Source: the human T2T-CHM13v2.0 reference genome, Homo sapiens
NCBI RefSeq assembly: GCF_009914755.1
Contig: NC_060925.1
Strand: one strand, 5' to 3'
DNA length: 64,000 bases
This document shows positions 43,940 through 57,684 of the stretch, in pieces (the first letter of the stretch is position 1; the number at the start of each line of letters is the position of its first letter). A model generated the notes under the pieces. That model had not been told where the DNA came from. It worked only from the letters and a program-made list of their open reading frames with translations, and made no database searches. Made by a program: the position numbers and the translations under genes.

Positions 43940-44929
43940 TGAAGGGGGCCAGCCCGTCCACACCTGTGGGTATTTCTCGTCACGCGGGACAAGAGACTGA
44001 GAAAATAAATAAGATACGGAGACAAAATATAGAGAAAGAAAAGTGGGCCTAGGGGACTGGCACTCAGCATACGGAGGACCTGCACTGGCACCGGTCTCTG
44101 AGTTCCCTCAGTATTTACTGATTACTATTTTCACTATCTCAGCAAGAGGAATGTGGCAGGAGAACAGGGTGACAGTGGGGAGAAGGTCAGCAAGAAAACA
44201 TGTGAGCAAAGGAATCTGTGTCACAAATAAGCTCAAGGGAAGGTACTATGCCTGGATGTGCACATAGGCCAGATTTATGCTTCTCCACACCCAAACATCT
44301 CAGTGGAGTAAAGAGTAATAGAGCAGCATTGCTGCCAGCATGTCTCACCTCCCTCCACAGGGATTCTCCTATCTCAGAATTGAACAAATGTACAATCGGG
44401 TTTTATACCAAGACATTCCATTCCCGGGGCAGACAGGAGACAGAGGCCTTCCTCTTATCTCAACTGCAAGAGGCCTTCCTCTTTTACTAATCCTCCTCAG
44501 CACAAACCCTTCATAGGTGTCGAGCTGGGGGTGGTCAGGTCTTTCCCATCCCACGAGGCCATATCTCAGGCTATCTCAGCAGGGAGAAACCTTGGACAGT
44601 ACCCGGCTTTCCGGGGCAGAGGTCCCTGTGGCTTTCCGCAGTGCATTGTGCCCCTGGTTTATCGAGAATGGAGAATGGCGATGACTTTTACCAAGCATAC
44701 TGCCTGTAAACATATGGTTAACAAGGCACATCCTGCACAGCCCTAGACCTCTTAAGCCTTGATTCCATAAACACATGTTTCTGTGAGCTCAAGGCTGGGG
44801 CAAAGTTACAGATTAACAGCATCTCAGGGCAAAACAATTGTTCAGGGTACAGATCAAAATGGAGTATCTTATGTCTTCCTTTTCTACTCAGACACGGTAA
44901 TAGTCTGATCTCTGTTTCTTTTCCCTACA
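43940..44929 (-). promoter_or_regulatory. 5' LTR of the HML-2 provirus
   Basis: Homologous to 39274-40263; TATA-like GTATAAAA at ~44401-44408 (- strand). Confidence 0.95.
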
Positions 44930-45394
44930 GCATGTATCTTAAACTCAGCAGTTGCAATGTAGTGTCTTTAACTTTATCTGCACCACCCTCTTCTCCCTTT
45001 AGGTTGAGGCCTTGAGGTCTAGAACCGTGTCATATTCTTCTCTGTGGCCTCAGCAACAAGCACAGTACCTGGTCCACTGTTAGGAGTCAATAAGTGTTTG
45101 TTGAACAAATAAATAAGGAGTAAATGAATGAATGTACAATCTATGGCTTAGAGATACTAAGTTTTGGTATTTTTATAATAATTTTGAATATATAGTTTTA
45201 AAGAAATTTCTGTTATTTCAGTCAGCTTTTATCAGATCATTAAATAAGAGAGAAAAAAATCAATATGTTGGATTTACTTTGCTTTCATAGGCTTTTCTAC
45301 AGTGTAATTACCGGTCAGTGTGTCTACTTAATCTGGTCTTATTTTCTTCTCAAACTATTGTAAGACGGCTTCTACCCTCCTACTCCACTGAAAC

Positions 45395-45713
45395 TTCTCT
45401 CTCTCTCTTTCTCTCTCTCTCCTTCTTTTTAGAGACAGGGTCTCATTCTGTCGCCCAGGCTGGAGTGCAGTGGTACAATCATGGCTCAAGGTAGCCTCAA
45501 ACTCCTAGGCTCAAGCTATCCCACCACTTCAACCTCCCAAGCAGCTAGGACTACAGATGTGCACCACCATGCCCAGCTAAATTTAAAAATGTTTTTGAGA
45601 GATGGGGTCTCTCTATGTTGCTCAAGCTGGTCTTGAACTCCTGGCCTCAAGTGATCCTCTCACATGGGCCTCCAAAAGTATTGAAATTACAGGCATGAGC
45701 CACCACACCCAGC
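45395..45713 (-). mobile_element. Alu SINE (AluJ-like) with (CT)n tail
   Basis: agagacagggtctcattctgtcgcccaggctgg...gagccaccacacccagc. Confidence 0.92.
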
Positions 45714-45874
45714 ACACTGAAACTTGTCTAGCAAGGATCACAAATGGACACAACCTTCGTACATCTAATGGATGTCCTTATCTCACTGAACTTCTTATGT
45801 TTCTCCATATTCCTCTGCATTTATCACTTCTGGCTTCACTCATGTTGTCTCTGCTACCTGGAATGTCACACGAT

Positions 45875-45909
45875 CCACACACATGCACACACACATGCAC
45901 ATGTGCGAG

Positions 45910-45950
<41 letters not shown>
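45875..45950. repeat. (CA)n-type microsatellite
   Basis: Direct observation. Confidence 0.9.
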
Positions 45951-45952
<2 letters not shown>

Positions 45953-46357
45953 CCCTTCCTGGCCTCTTACCTAGCTGATTCCTAGTCATTCATCCTTAGG
46001 TTTTTGTACTGTGTCACTTCCGCAGCAGGTCAGATATTCCTTCCTTGTGCTGCCTGCTCATAGCACACAGGGTATGATGGTACTATTACATTTATCACAT
46101 AGCCTGAAAATTATATGTTTGCATTTCTCTCTCTGACTATACCGAGAAATTTGGTGGGAGGAAGGAATATTTATTTCTGTATACTTTTGTGTCCCTATAC
46201 CTATCATAGTCCCTGATTGGTAATCAACATACTGGTGTTCTCATTGTTAATAAGAATAGTGAAAATTTAGGGCAACAGACTGAAGGTCCTTGTGACAAGT
46301 AATTTTTTTTAAATGGGATGGATGACAGTGACAGAGCTCTAAATTTCTACTAACCAG

Positions 46358-46501
46358 CTGAGACACGATGGCCAAAAAGCGATTGCTGTGATTGGAGCTG
46401 GAATTAGCGGACTGGGGGCCATCAAGTGCTGCCTGGATGAAGATCTGGAGCCCACCTGCTTTGAAAGAAATGATGATATTGGACATCTCTGGAAATTTCA
46501 A
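46358..46501 (+). pseudogene. FMO pseudogene 2 exon 2 (ATG 46368; frameshift)
   Basis: aaccAG acceptor; ATG GCC AAA AAG CGA TTG CTG TGA (stop 46389). The shifted frame reads [40 protein letters not shown]; GTAAGT donor; 134 coding nt versus 135. Confidence 0.92.
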
Positions 46502-47544
46502 GTAAGTTTAGATTTCATTTGGTTTTAGGCATGTAACTTTAAAAAAAAATAGCTAGAACAATTTGATGCTGGTTTCCTCAGAGGAATCATACAGCACATC
46601 ACATATTAGGAATTATGTAATGACTCTAATATTCTTGCTTATATTATGGATTAACTGAGGAATTATATGAATATATGTCAATTTCAGATTAAGCCATGAA
46701 ATTTATCAGATTCTCTTCAGGGTAGCTGAGATTCCATGTGGTCATCAAAAATATTAGAAAGATATAGTGGTTGAGGATTCTTTCAACTGATCAGATGATA
46801 TTGTGCTCAAAGTTAGAGATGTCACACTATTTTTTCCCCTGACTTAGCAAGGGTATAGGGTAGGGTAGGATGATCTATTGCTGGGCTTCTCCCATGTAAT
46901 CTCATCTTCTCTTCTGTGGTCACACCTGCTGACTGACTGGCCACTGCATGGTGTCTTATCTTGTCAATCAGAGGGCAATGACTTTTTATTTCTCTCAGTT
47001 CTTGGCAGCAGGAGATTTATTGCCATGAGGAATTCAAACTTGGTGCCAAACGTTGAATAGGCTTAAGTTCCTGGGTGGTCTCATCTTCTTTTGGTGCTTC
47101 ATTCTGCCATCTTTGGAAGTGCCCTTGAAGTCCAGCACTTCTGGTCAGTATTTTCCAGTTCTAATAATACCAGAGAGCCACTCTGCTCACCAGTCATGGC
47201 TGGCTTTCTCACGGGGTGTGCATGAATGAGCAGATTTCGTTCTCTTGCTCCTGGCTCTTGTGCCCACCCAGGCCATGTTTCAAGAGCCAGAACACTCTCC
47301 ATCCAGAATGTGGAGAGTGGGCTTGAGGCAAAGTTATCAACATTGCTGCCCCACAGGGACTTTCCTCAGGTGCCACTAGAGCAAATCAGTGCCCAAGCAG
47401 CATTCAGATAGACCCTCCAACCTGATGTTAGGGTCATTCAAATATTCCTCCATTCCTCCATAACCTTTGGATTTTCTTGTGTGTGGCTTTAATTGACCTT
47501 CAGTTCTAAAAGTCCTATAATACCCATTTTGTTTCTTCTTTAAG

Positions 47545-48220
47545 AGTGCATTCATTCAACAAATATTTTTTGGGCCCTACTATGTGTCAGAAACTTTTCT
47601 AGGTGCCAGGAAATATATTAGTAAATATGAATACAAAAATCCTTGCCCTTAAAAGGTTTACATTCTAATGGGAAAGGATAATTAAATTAAAAAGTAGCAT
47701 GGTTAGTGCTGGTAAGTATAATAGAGAAAAATAAACCAGGAAATGAGAGTTTCACGAATATAAATTAAATAAGTGGTCATGAAAAGCCTCAAAATGATTT
47801 TTGACAAAGAATTGTAATGTAAGAAAGAAAGCTGAGAAGAGATCTGGGGAAGGGGATTCAGAGGAATCTTCAAGTGCAGAGCTGTGAGGTGGGAGCATGC
47901 CTTGTATGTTAGAGAAAAGTCAGGGAGCCAGTGGGTCTAGACCGTAGTGGCCCAGAGGAAGAAGTCTAGGAGGTGGTCAGAAGGGGAATGGGAGTCCAGA
48001 TCATATTGGCATTTAGAGGCCATGATAAGGACTTTGACTTCCATATAGATTAAAACCATGAGATGGTTTTAAATAAAGGAGCAATGTTCTACAGCTTGTG
48101 TTTTAATTATAAAAGACAACCCTGATTGCTCTGTTGAGAATAAAACAAAGAAACGCTAAAGAAAATTGTCCAGTTTGAAAGCTACTCAATAATATTCCAA
48201 TGGGAGATCACAGCAAACTG
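47545..48220. mobile_element. L2 relic
   Basis: cattcattcaacaaatatttt...tactatgtgtcag L2 3'-end motif. Confidence 0.6.
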
Positions 48221-51200
48221 TACCAGGTTTCTAGATACATGGATTTTTAAAAAATATTTTATAATTTCTTATATGTTGACTTTTTTCTATTTCTTTTTGA
48301 ATGTTTATCATATATTTAAAAAAGGTTTGTGTCTATTATATCTTCTTAGTGGATAGTTCCTTTTATCCATATAAAATATCTTTTTGTTCCTTTTACCTTT
48401 AATTATATTGTGTGCTATTAATCACAGGTATGCATGAATTTAAAATTAAAAGTAAAATTAAAATATTACTAAAGTAGATATTTTTGTTATAACTTGATAA
48501 GCATATTTTTCCATCACTTAATTTTCAATTTTACTTCATTTTATTTTAGGTTTGCCTGCATAAAATCTGATTTTACTTTATTGTTCAATGTAAAACCTTC
48601 TATCTTTCTTATTTTAAAAATTGTGCTGAGGTGTAATGTATGCATTAAAATACATAAAGTAAGCTGATCTTATGTGTACAGCTTGATAATTCTTACATAT
48701 TTATATATCTATACAACTACTGCTTAAGTAAGATATAGACTATATCCAGAATCTTAAAATAGTTCCGTGTGTTTCTTCCTAGTCAATACTTAGCCATTCC
48801 CAGAATAACCACTATTTTGATGTCTATCACCATTAATTACTCCTGATTGTCTTTGAAATAATGCATTTATACTATTTTTTGTATTTTTTTGACTTTTAAT
48901 GTATGTGGTTGAGATTTATTCAAATCGTGTATGTAGCAGTAGTTTATTTTTCTATTTACCATTAATGTGTAGTATTCCAGTATATGAAAACACTGCAATT
49001 TATTCACTTAGTCTCCTGTTGATAAAATTTTGTGTCTGGTTTCTTTCACCCATCATTTGTGTATGTCAAATGTATTCATTATATGAGAATAGCTTTAATT
49101 CATCTAAAAACTTTAATTGTTGCATAGTATTCCATTGTTTGAATATACCACAATGTATTTACTCTTTCTTTTTTGGTAGAAATTTGGGTTGTTTTTACTA
49201 TTTGGCAATTGTGAAAATTCTTGCACATGCCTTTTGGTGGATACGAATTTATTTCTTTTGGGAATATTCCTAGGAGTAAAATACTGGCTCAAAGTTTAAG
49301 CATCAGTAGATATTGCCAAGCAGTGTTCTAAAATGAATGTATCAATTTACATTTCCACCAATAACGTATGAGAGCTCCACATCCTTCCAAATGCTTAGTA
49401 TTGTTAGTCTTTTTATTTTGACCATTCTGGTAGATATGGAGTGGTATTGATTGTAGTTTTGCTTTGTATTTCCCTCATGCGTACAGATGCTGAACATCTT
49501 GTAATATGCTTATTGGCATAGATATTCTCATTTGTTAAAAATTTGTTCAAGTCTTCTGTCCGTTGTCAATCTAATTCGTCTATCTTTTTTCTTTGGTAAG
49601 AATTGTTTTTTATATTTTGTATATGAGTCTTTTGTTGCATGCATTTGTTGTGAATATCTCCTAGTATGTGTTATGTGTTTTTATTGTCATAAAGATAGTA
49701 TAACTTTTGACAGAGGCTCAAGATTTTAATGAAGCCCACTTTATCCAGTTTTTTAATGGTTTGTAATTATTTGTATTATAGATAAGAAACTTTTATTTAT
49801 CCCAAAGTCCTGAAGATGGTTTCTTGTATTTCCTTCAGAACTGTTATTGCTGTACCTTTAATGTTTGGATTTATGATCCATTTTGAATTACTTTTTGTGT
49901 ATGGTGAGATATAAGGATCCCGTTCATTTTTCCCACATACGGATATCCAGTGGATATAGCACCATTTATTGAAAAGACCATTATTTCCCCCATTGAGTTA
50001 CAATAGTGCCTTTTATTTATTCATTCATTTTTGGAAATTTGGTGGCTGTTTATGTGTGAGTTTGTTTCTTAGTCTGTTTCACTGGTCCATGTTTCTATCC
50101 ATGCATCATTGCTGTATCTTTATAGTAAAGTTTGGTATTTTTGTTTTTCTTCATAAGTATTTTCTTTAATTTTCAAGGATCTCTACATTTTAATATAAGT
50201 TTTAGAAATAGCTGTCAATTTCACAAAAATATCTGCTGGAATATTATTTGGGATTGCATTGGCTTTATGGATGTAGTTGGAAAGGATTAAATTTGTAATA
50301 ATGCTGAGTCATCTCATTTATGTAATAGTATCTCTCTCTATTTATTTATGACTTTTTCACTTCTCTCAGCAATCATGTAGAAGCCTCGCATATCTTTTGT
50401 TAGATTATTCTTAAGTATTTGATGTTTTTTATGTTATTGTAAATAACAGCTGTTATGAAATTTCACTTTTCAATTTGTTGCTAGTATATCAAACCATTAA
50501 TTTTTATGTGAGCCTTGTAACCAGCAACATTGCTAAATTTTGTAATGCTTTGAATGTAGATTATTTTGGATTTGCTATGTACATAATCATGACTTCTATG
50601 CTTAATAACAGATTTACTTCTCACTTTCCAATATTTATGACTTTTGTTTCTTTTTGCTCTTTATTGCATTAGCTGGGTCCTTAAGAATAATGTTACATAA
50701 AAGTGCTAATAGAAGATATCTTTTTACTCTTCCCAACCTCGCCTAAAAGAAAAACTGCTCAGTATTTTACCAGTAAGCATGATGTTAGCTAAGATTTTTG
50801 TAGATTAAGAAAATTTCCATCTATAAATAGTTTATGGAGAGTTTTTTAAAGTCACAAACATATGTTAACATTTATAAAATGATTTTTCTACATCACCTGA
50901 GATCAACATCTCAATAATTAGCATTGTTATGTTAGTGCAACACATTTTATAGATTAATATTCACATGATAAAATAAATTTTTGTCTTCAGAAAAACCTAC
51001 TTGGTCATTTGAAAATATTTTTAGTCATTGCTAGATTACATTGCTAGATTAATTTTTTTCTGATATTTCTAACTTGCTAAAATATAATTTTCATCAATGT
51101 TTATGAGACCTTGTATTATAATTTTCCCCTCTTATAATGCCTATGTCAGGTTTGATATCAAGGTCATTCTAACTCAAGATTATGAAATGAGTTGAGAAAT

Positions 51201-51717
51201 GTTTCTGCTTTTTCTATTTTCTTAAATAATTTCTGTACTATTGGCATTATTTTATTTTCTTTAAATGTTTGGAAGAATTCAATACTGAAGCTATCTGAGC
51301 CAGTTTTCTTTGTAAGAAGCTTTTTAATGACAAATTCAACAGATACAAGGATTTCAGATTTTCTTTTTCTTTTCATGTCAGATTGGTAAGTATTGTTTTT
51401 CAAGGAATTTGTCCTTTTTTCTAAGTCAACAGTTTGAGGGATATTATTCATAATAACCTCTTAAAATATTTTTTATTATGTTTAGATTCTATAGTGTTAT
51501 TTTATTTTTATTCCTAATATTGACAATTTATGTTTTCTCTTTTTGGGGGTAGTTAATCTTGCTAGGGATTTATTAATTTTCTTAATCCTCTAAAATAACA
51601 AACAATATCATGCCATGTACTGCTCATTTAATTTATATTTCAATGATTTCAGCTTATATTTTTATTATTTTCTTTTTCTTCATTTTTATGTTTATTTTAT
51701 TGTATATCTAGGTTGTT

Positions 51718-52743
51718 TTTTAAAAAAATTATTTTAGGTTCAGCAGTACATGTGCATGTTTGTTATATAGGTAAATTGCATGTCACAGGGATTTGGTATA
51801 CAGATTATTACTTTTACTTGTGTGTTGGTGGGGGAACGGTGGCTCTCTGCTGGAGTTCTCCTATAGTTGGATGCAGGCAGCCCAAGAAGGAGCTATGATG
51901 AAAGACCTGGGAAGCACCCTAGCTGGGCATCCATGGTTGCACTGCCAGCGGGTGCAGCCAGGCTGGGACCCCAGGTGAGGCCAGCAGATGGGGTACTCAG
52001 ATCAGACTGTCCTGATCCTACAGGCAAGACCACCCTGCTCTGTCCAAGTCCAATGTCACCCTAAAGCTAAAGTCTCCTAGAAGAACACAGTGAGCCTTGG
52101 GAGATGGGTGCTCCAGCCATGCTCCACTATGCCTAACCCTCTGGGCTCTGAATTTGCTTGAGTCCTGCCCCACCACCTCTGTAAGCAGCTTTTCCTGTCA
52201 GCTCAAGTGTCCATGGGAGGTATGGGGTCTCTTGCTGCTAGGATTACAGAAGTCTACAGTAAGAGCAGGTCACCTGTTCAACTCACCCCTTTCCCAGGAG
52301 TTGCTGGGGGTTAGGAATGAGTCCTGGTGCTCAGCTGCCTCATGCAGGCTTCTCAGCTTCCTCCCTCTTCAGGCCAGCACCTGCGTCCTCCCTCCATCCA
52401 CTCTCATTTCTTCCTTCTGAAGATCTGCTCTGAGTGTGCCAGTCCTCCCATGTCCTAGTCTCTTGGAGGGAGATGTGTTTCCTGGCTGTGTCTAGTTGAC
52501 TATCTTAAATTCCACTGATAATTCTTGCAGCTCCACCAGAGGGGAAGCGTGAAGTCGGGGGATCTTTCAATGGGCCCCTGCTGGTACCTTAGATCTGGGT
52601 TCAGGCAACTCCTTCGGGAGTTCTGAGTCTTCTCTGAGACACCTGTGTAGGGCACCAATTATCGTCGACAAAAAACGTCAAAATTTATCTTTACTGATTC
52701 ACCTTCCTGTCAGCTTCCATGGGTTCAGCTCTCTGGGAGCTCC
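51718..52743 (-). mobile_element. Short chimeric L1 insertion (old L1PA15/16-like 5' UTR joined to the last ~100 nt of the 3' UTR, plus ~230 nt upstream extension)
   Basis: L1 3' end at 51718-51809, L1 5'-UTR-like sequence at ~51815-52510 (AAGATAGTCAACTAGACACAGCCAGGAA on -), candidate TSD tatctaggttgtt / tatctagcttctt. Confidence 0.6.
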
Positions 52744-53040
52744 TATCTAGCTTCTTGATTTGGAGCTTAGCTATTTCATTTACAGCTTTTTCTTCTTATC
52801 TAACATATGCATTTAATCTATACATTTTTCTCTAATCACTGTTTTGTTTCATCCACAAGTTTGATGCATTATCTTTTCATTATTTTTCAGTTCAAAACAT
52901 TTTCTCATGTCCTTGTAATATAGTCTCTGACCCCAAGGTTATTTAGATGTGTTAATTTCTAAACAATTGGAGAGTTTCTGGTTATTTTTTTCTCATTAAT
53001 TTCTAATTTAATTCCACTGTTATTGAAGAACATACTGTGA

Positions 53041-53390
<350 letters not shown>

Positions 53391-54696
53391 TAGACTTTTT
53401 AAGTGTCCCAACACAGGCCTATATTGGAAAATATGTTATAGGTACCTCAAAAGAATGTGTAAATTTGTAGCGTTTATTTGTCCATATATATCAATTAAGT
53501 TGTTTAATTATGTTCTTCAATATTCTATGCCTTTACCAAATTTTGTTCTATTGTTCTATTAGTTAGTGAGATGAGTTTAATTCTCCAGCTATGAATATGA
53601 GTTTATGAGTTTCTCCTAGAAAAACTTTGTATATTAGTTTCTCCTTTTGATTCTGTTAATTTTTACCTTACATATTTTGAAATTATGTTACTAGGTGCAT
53701 TTGAATTTAAGATTTTAATATCTTCCTGTAGAATTGACCTTTATATTGTTATTATTTCTTTCTCTTTATCTCTAATATTTCCACGATATCTAATTTGTCT
53801 AATGTAGCCACTCCAGTTGCCTTTAGTTTTTTGTAAATAAAATAAAGAGGCTTTTGTCTGGTATTTTATTTTTTGTTTTAATTGGAGTGCTTACATATAA
53901 TCAAGCATTAATATATTGGGTTTTAATTTACTATCTGGTATGCTTTTGATTTGTTTTATATCTTTCTTTCTTTACTCTTCATTTCCTTCTTTCTTTTGGT
54001 TTTACTCATTTTTTTGTACATTAATTATTTAGATATCCATTTTTGAATTATCCTTTTTAATTTTAATGCATATCCTTGACTTATTACTTTCTACCTGAAG
54101 AAGGCAAAGCTCTTATAACAGTTTAGCCTCATTTTCTGACCTTTGTGTTATTATGTATTTTACTTGAATATTTTATAAACCCCACAAGATATTACTGTTA
54201 CTAATGTTTTAGTCAATATTTTTATGTTTATCCACATATTTATGATTCCTAGTGTTTTCATTTCTTCCTGTATTTGCATGGTTCCATCTTTGTTCATTCC
54301 CATTTAGCCTGAGGAACTTCCTTGCATGTTTCTCATAGTGTGGGATTGCTGGCAAGAAATTCTCTCAGTTTTTGTTTGTCTGAATGCAGGTTTATTTCAC
54401 TTTCAATTTTGATGGATATTTTCACTGGGTATTGAAGTTTATTTCAGCATTTTAAAGATAACATTCCAGTTTTTCTGACTTCTATCATTTCCATTGAGCA
54501 ATCAAGCATAAGCCTATTGTTGATTCAGAGTAGCTTTTTTCTCTAGTAGATATGGACAGAAGAGAGAAAATATTCATGGAAAAGTAAAAGGCAATGTTAT
54601 TTATTATACCCGATTACTTTTCTTCTCTAAAATATTTTATTTAGATTCCCTTGTTATTGTAAAGCTTATTTTATTAAGAGAAGCTTTCTTCTATAG

Positions 54697-54885
54697 AAAA
54701 ATACTTCAGAGAAAATGCCTAGTATCTACAAATCTGTGACCATCAATACTTCCAAGGAGATGATGTGCTTCAGTGACTTCCCTGTCCCTGATCATTTTCC
54801 CAACTACATGCACAACTCCAAACTCATGGACTACTTCGGGATGTATGCCACACACTTTGGCCTCCTGAATTACATTCGTTTTAAG
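54697..54885 (+). pseudogene. FMO pseudogene 2 exon 3 (189 nt, open)
   Basis: ctatAG acceptor; [63 protein letters not shown]; GTAAAA donor. Confidence 0.95.
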
Positions 54886-55767
54886 GTAAAATCTAAATGA
54901 ATCATTGCATAGTAAATGTGTGTGTGCATGTGAGCACACATGCATGTATGTGTGCAGACACACTCAGTTGTACACACATGAGCTATATTTGGCATCTTCA
55001 GGTATGATCAGAGGAAGAGATCATCAGTGAGCTTCCACCCTAGAAAATCACCACTTATAAAGAAGTAATGTTTTGAATATTTCACTTGAATATAAGGTTG
55101 AAGAATTTTGCCCAACAGAACCTATTCTAACAAGACTTTGGTGTGGCATTGTAAGGGTCCTTTCTGTCAGCCTTAAATTCAACTGTTGAAGGACTTACAA
55201 TAGTGGCAGTAGTAATTGAGCCATATTATATTGTGTGTAAGTAGAATAAGAATGAAGGTCATATAAACAACACAAGGAAGACTTTTTTCAGATCCATGTA
55301 GTTCCCATAATCTACCACTGTGACCCCCTACTCACACTTAAAAATCTATCTCTATAGTCATGGTGGGATATTAATTCCTGTCTGAAACTCAAAAGCCAAG
55401 TGCAGGGAAACTGGAGAAGTTTGTGCTAAAATATGAAAAATATAAGGAATATTAGTCTCTTTCATGTGGAAGTCATCCTGGAAAGATATTTTTCTTGCAG
55501 CTTCAGTCACTCTTCTGTTTTTTCCCCATTAAGTATCAACTATTTCTATTTCTATGGAAAATTGGATTTTTAAATAAAATACCCACAATATCTTGAAAAT
55601 GCACACACGGCAAAGGCAGTCACTATGGGAGTGGGAACTAAAGAGAGAGCAAATGCCTCTGATGAAGATAGAAGAGTCTCAGATAAGTTATATTACTCAG
55701 ACTCATGGGGTTTTGGGGAGGAGGGATTAAACCTGAGGACTGTGATAGTGTATCATCTTGTTCTCAG

Positions 55768-55930
55768 ACTGAAGTGCAAAGTGTGAGGAAGCACCCAGAT
55801 TTTTCTATCAATGGACAATGGGATGTTGTTGTGGAGACTGAAGAGAAACAAGAGACTTTGGTCTTTGATGGGGTCTTAGTTTGCAGTGGACACCACACAG
55901 ATCCCTACTTACCACTTCAGTCCTTCCCAG
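55768..55930 (+). pseudogene. FMO pseudogene 2 exon 4 (163 nt, open)
   Basis: ttctcAG acceptor; TEVQSVRKHPDFSINGQWDVVVE...VCSGHHTDPYLPLQSFPG; GTATGT donor. Confidence 0.95.
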
Positions 55931-57541
55931 GTATGTCGCTAAGAATCTGTTTGGTAGAAAAGTACTTTCCAGATAACCCACAGAGCAAAATGATTGAGCA
56001 TGAACTTTATTACTAGTCTCTGGTCACATTGAATAACAAACAACTAAATGCCCAATATTTCTGTTAACAGGACAAAACTAAACAACAAAAATAGGCAAAC
56101 ACATAACATTTGTTTATTACTTTCTATAGTTTTAAATAGATTCTAATTAATGATAACAATTAGCCCTGGCCCACTTTCAACTGGTTTTAGTTTTGTGTCC
56201 ATTCATCTTATCTCACTTCCTTTCAGAGAAAGTGAAATTACTAAAAATAAGGGACAAATGGTAAGCAAATCAAGCAAAAAGCTGGCAAATCCACAAACTT
56301 AGAAATTTTAGAGTATGAGACAAAATTTTAAATAACATTCATCACTGGTTTGCAGTGGTTGATAAAAACACACTGGCAACTTACTGTTTCCTTTGAATTC
56401 TGTTTGATAAAATGGTGCCCATCTCAAATGAGATTATTACTTGAAAAAACAAAACAAAACAAAACAAAACCAAAAAGCTTCCCTATCCCCTCTAACTAAA
56501 GCCTCTCCCTTTACTTCTGATCCCTTTCCCCTCCCTTTACATCAATTGCTATCAGAAGTCAATCAAGAAATACTTGATATCTCAGTGCCTTTCCATGATG
56601 TCTAACAAGCCATCATAAGAAATTCTTTGGAGGTTGAGGCAAACTGAAAACAGAAGAGTCCTAGATGAAAATCAAGGGACTTAAACTTGAATTTTGGTTG
56701 TCCAACTGACTAGCTCAGTCATGTATGACAAATACCTGACCTTTCTGTGTCTGCACACCAACACAAACATTTACAAAATAAAAATACCTGATTTTCTAAA
56801 TGTTAAAATGCAATATATTCTGGAAATTATTATATAATTATAACAAAATATATAGGTTATATTAATAACTGTAGTATATGTATCAGCTTCTTTTTGACTT
56901 GCTTCCTGGCTGAGAGACATACCCTACAGAGACACTTGTGGGACATATATATTTTAATAGGTTTCAGGGGACAGAGATGCAAACACGCCTAGAGTGAGAC
57001 AATGTCCGAGAATGCCAGACACAGATTAGGGCTGTTCTGAAGCTCTCAGCAGAGCCAGGGACGACATGAGGGTATTAGGCACTTGGAAGTCAGAGGAGAT
57101 GTCAAGTTGATGAAGAAAGGCCCTATACTTCCTCATAGAATAATGAAACAAAACCAAACAACAACCAGTTTCCAGCTTCATCATTTTGCCTAAGACTGCA
57201 GAGGACAATGTAATCATGAATAAATTAGATCATAGTGAAATTGTTGTGAAACTTTCAATTTGGAATAGGTCCAAGACAGATAGATCTACTATTTACTAAA
57301 TACTTTATATGGTCACTAGTCTATATTTAGCATCTATTGGTACTAAGTCTGAGTTTACTCCCTGCTTTCCTGAGCTCTGTGAAATATAAAATTACATTTT
57401 TAGGACATAGGGTAATGTTCCATATAGCTAACCCAGACTCAAAGTCTTGCTCTTCCAGATGAACCAGAATATAACTTTCTATGTGTTGAGTTAGCAATGT
57501 GAAAAATACTCCTAATAATAAGAAATGTTCTTCCACCACAG

Positions 57542-57684
57542 GCATTGAGAAATTTGAAGGCTGTTATTTCCATAGTCGGGAATACAAAAGTCCCGAGGAC
57601 TTTTCAGGGAAAAGAATCATAGTGATCGGCATTGGAAATTCTGGAGTGGATATTGCGGTGGAGCTCAGTCGTGTAGCAAAACAG
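57542..57684 (+). pseudogene. FMO pseudogene 2 exon 5 (143 nt, open)
   Basis: ccacAG acceptor; [47 protein letters not shown]; GTTTGT donor. Confidence 0.95.
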
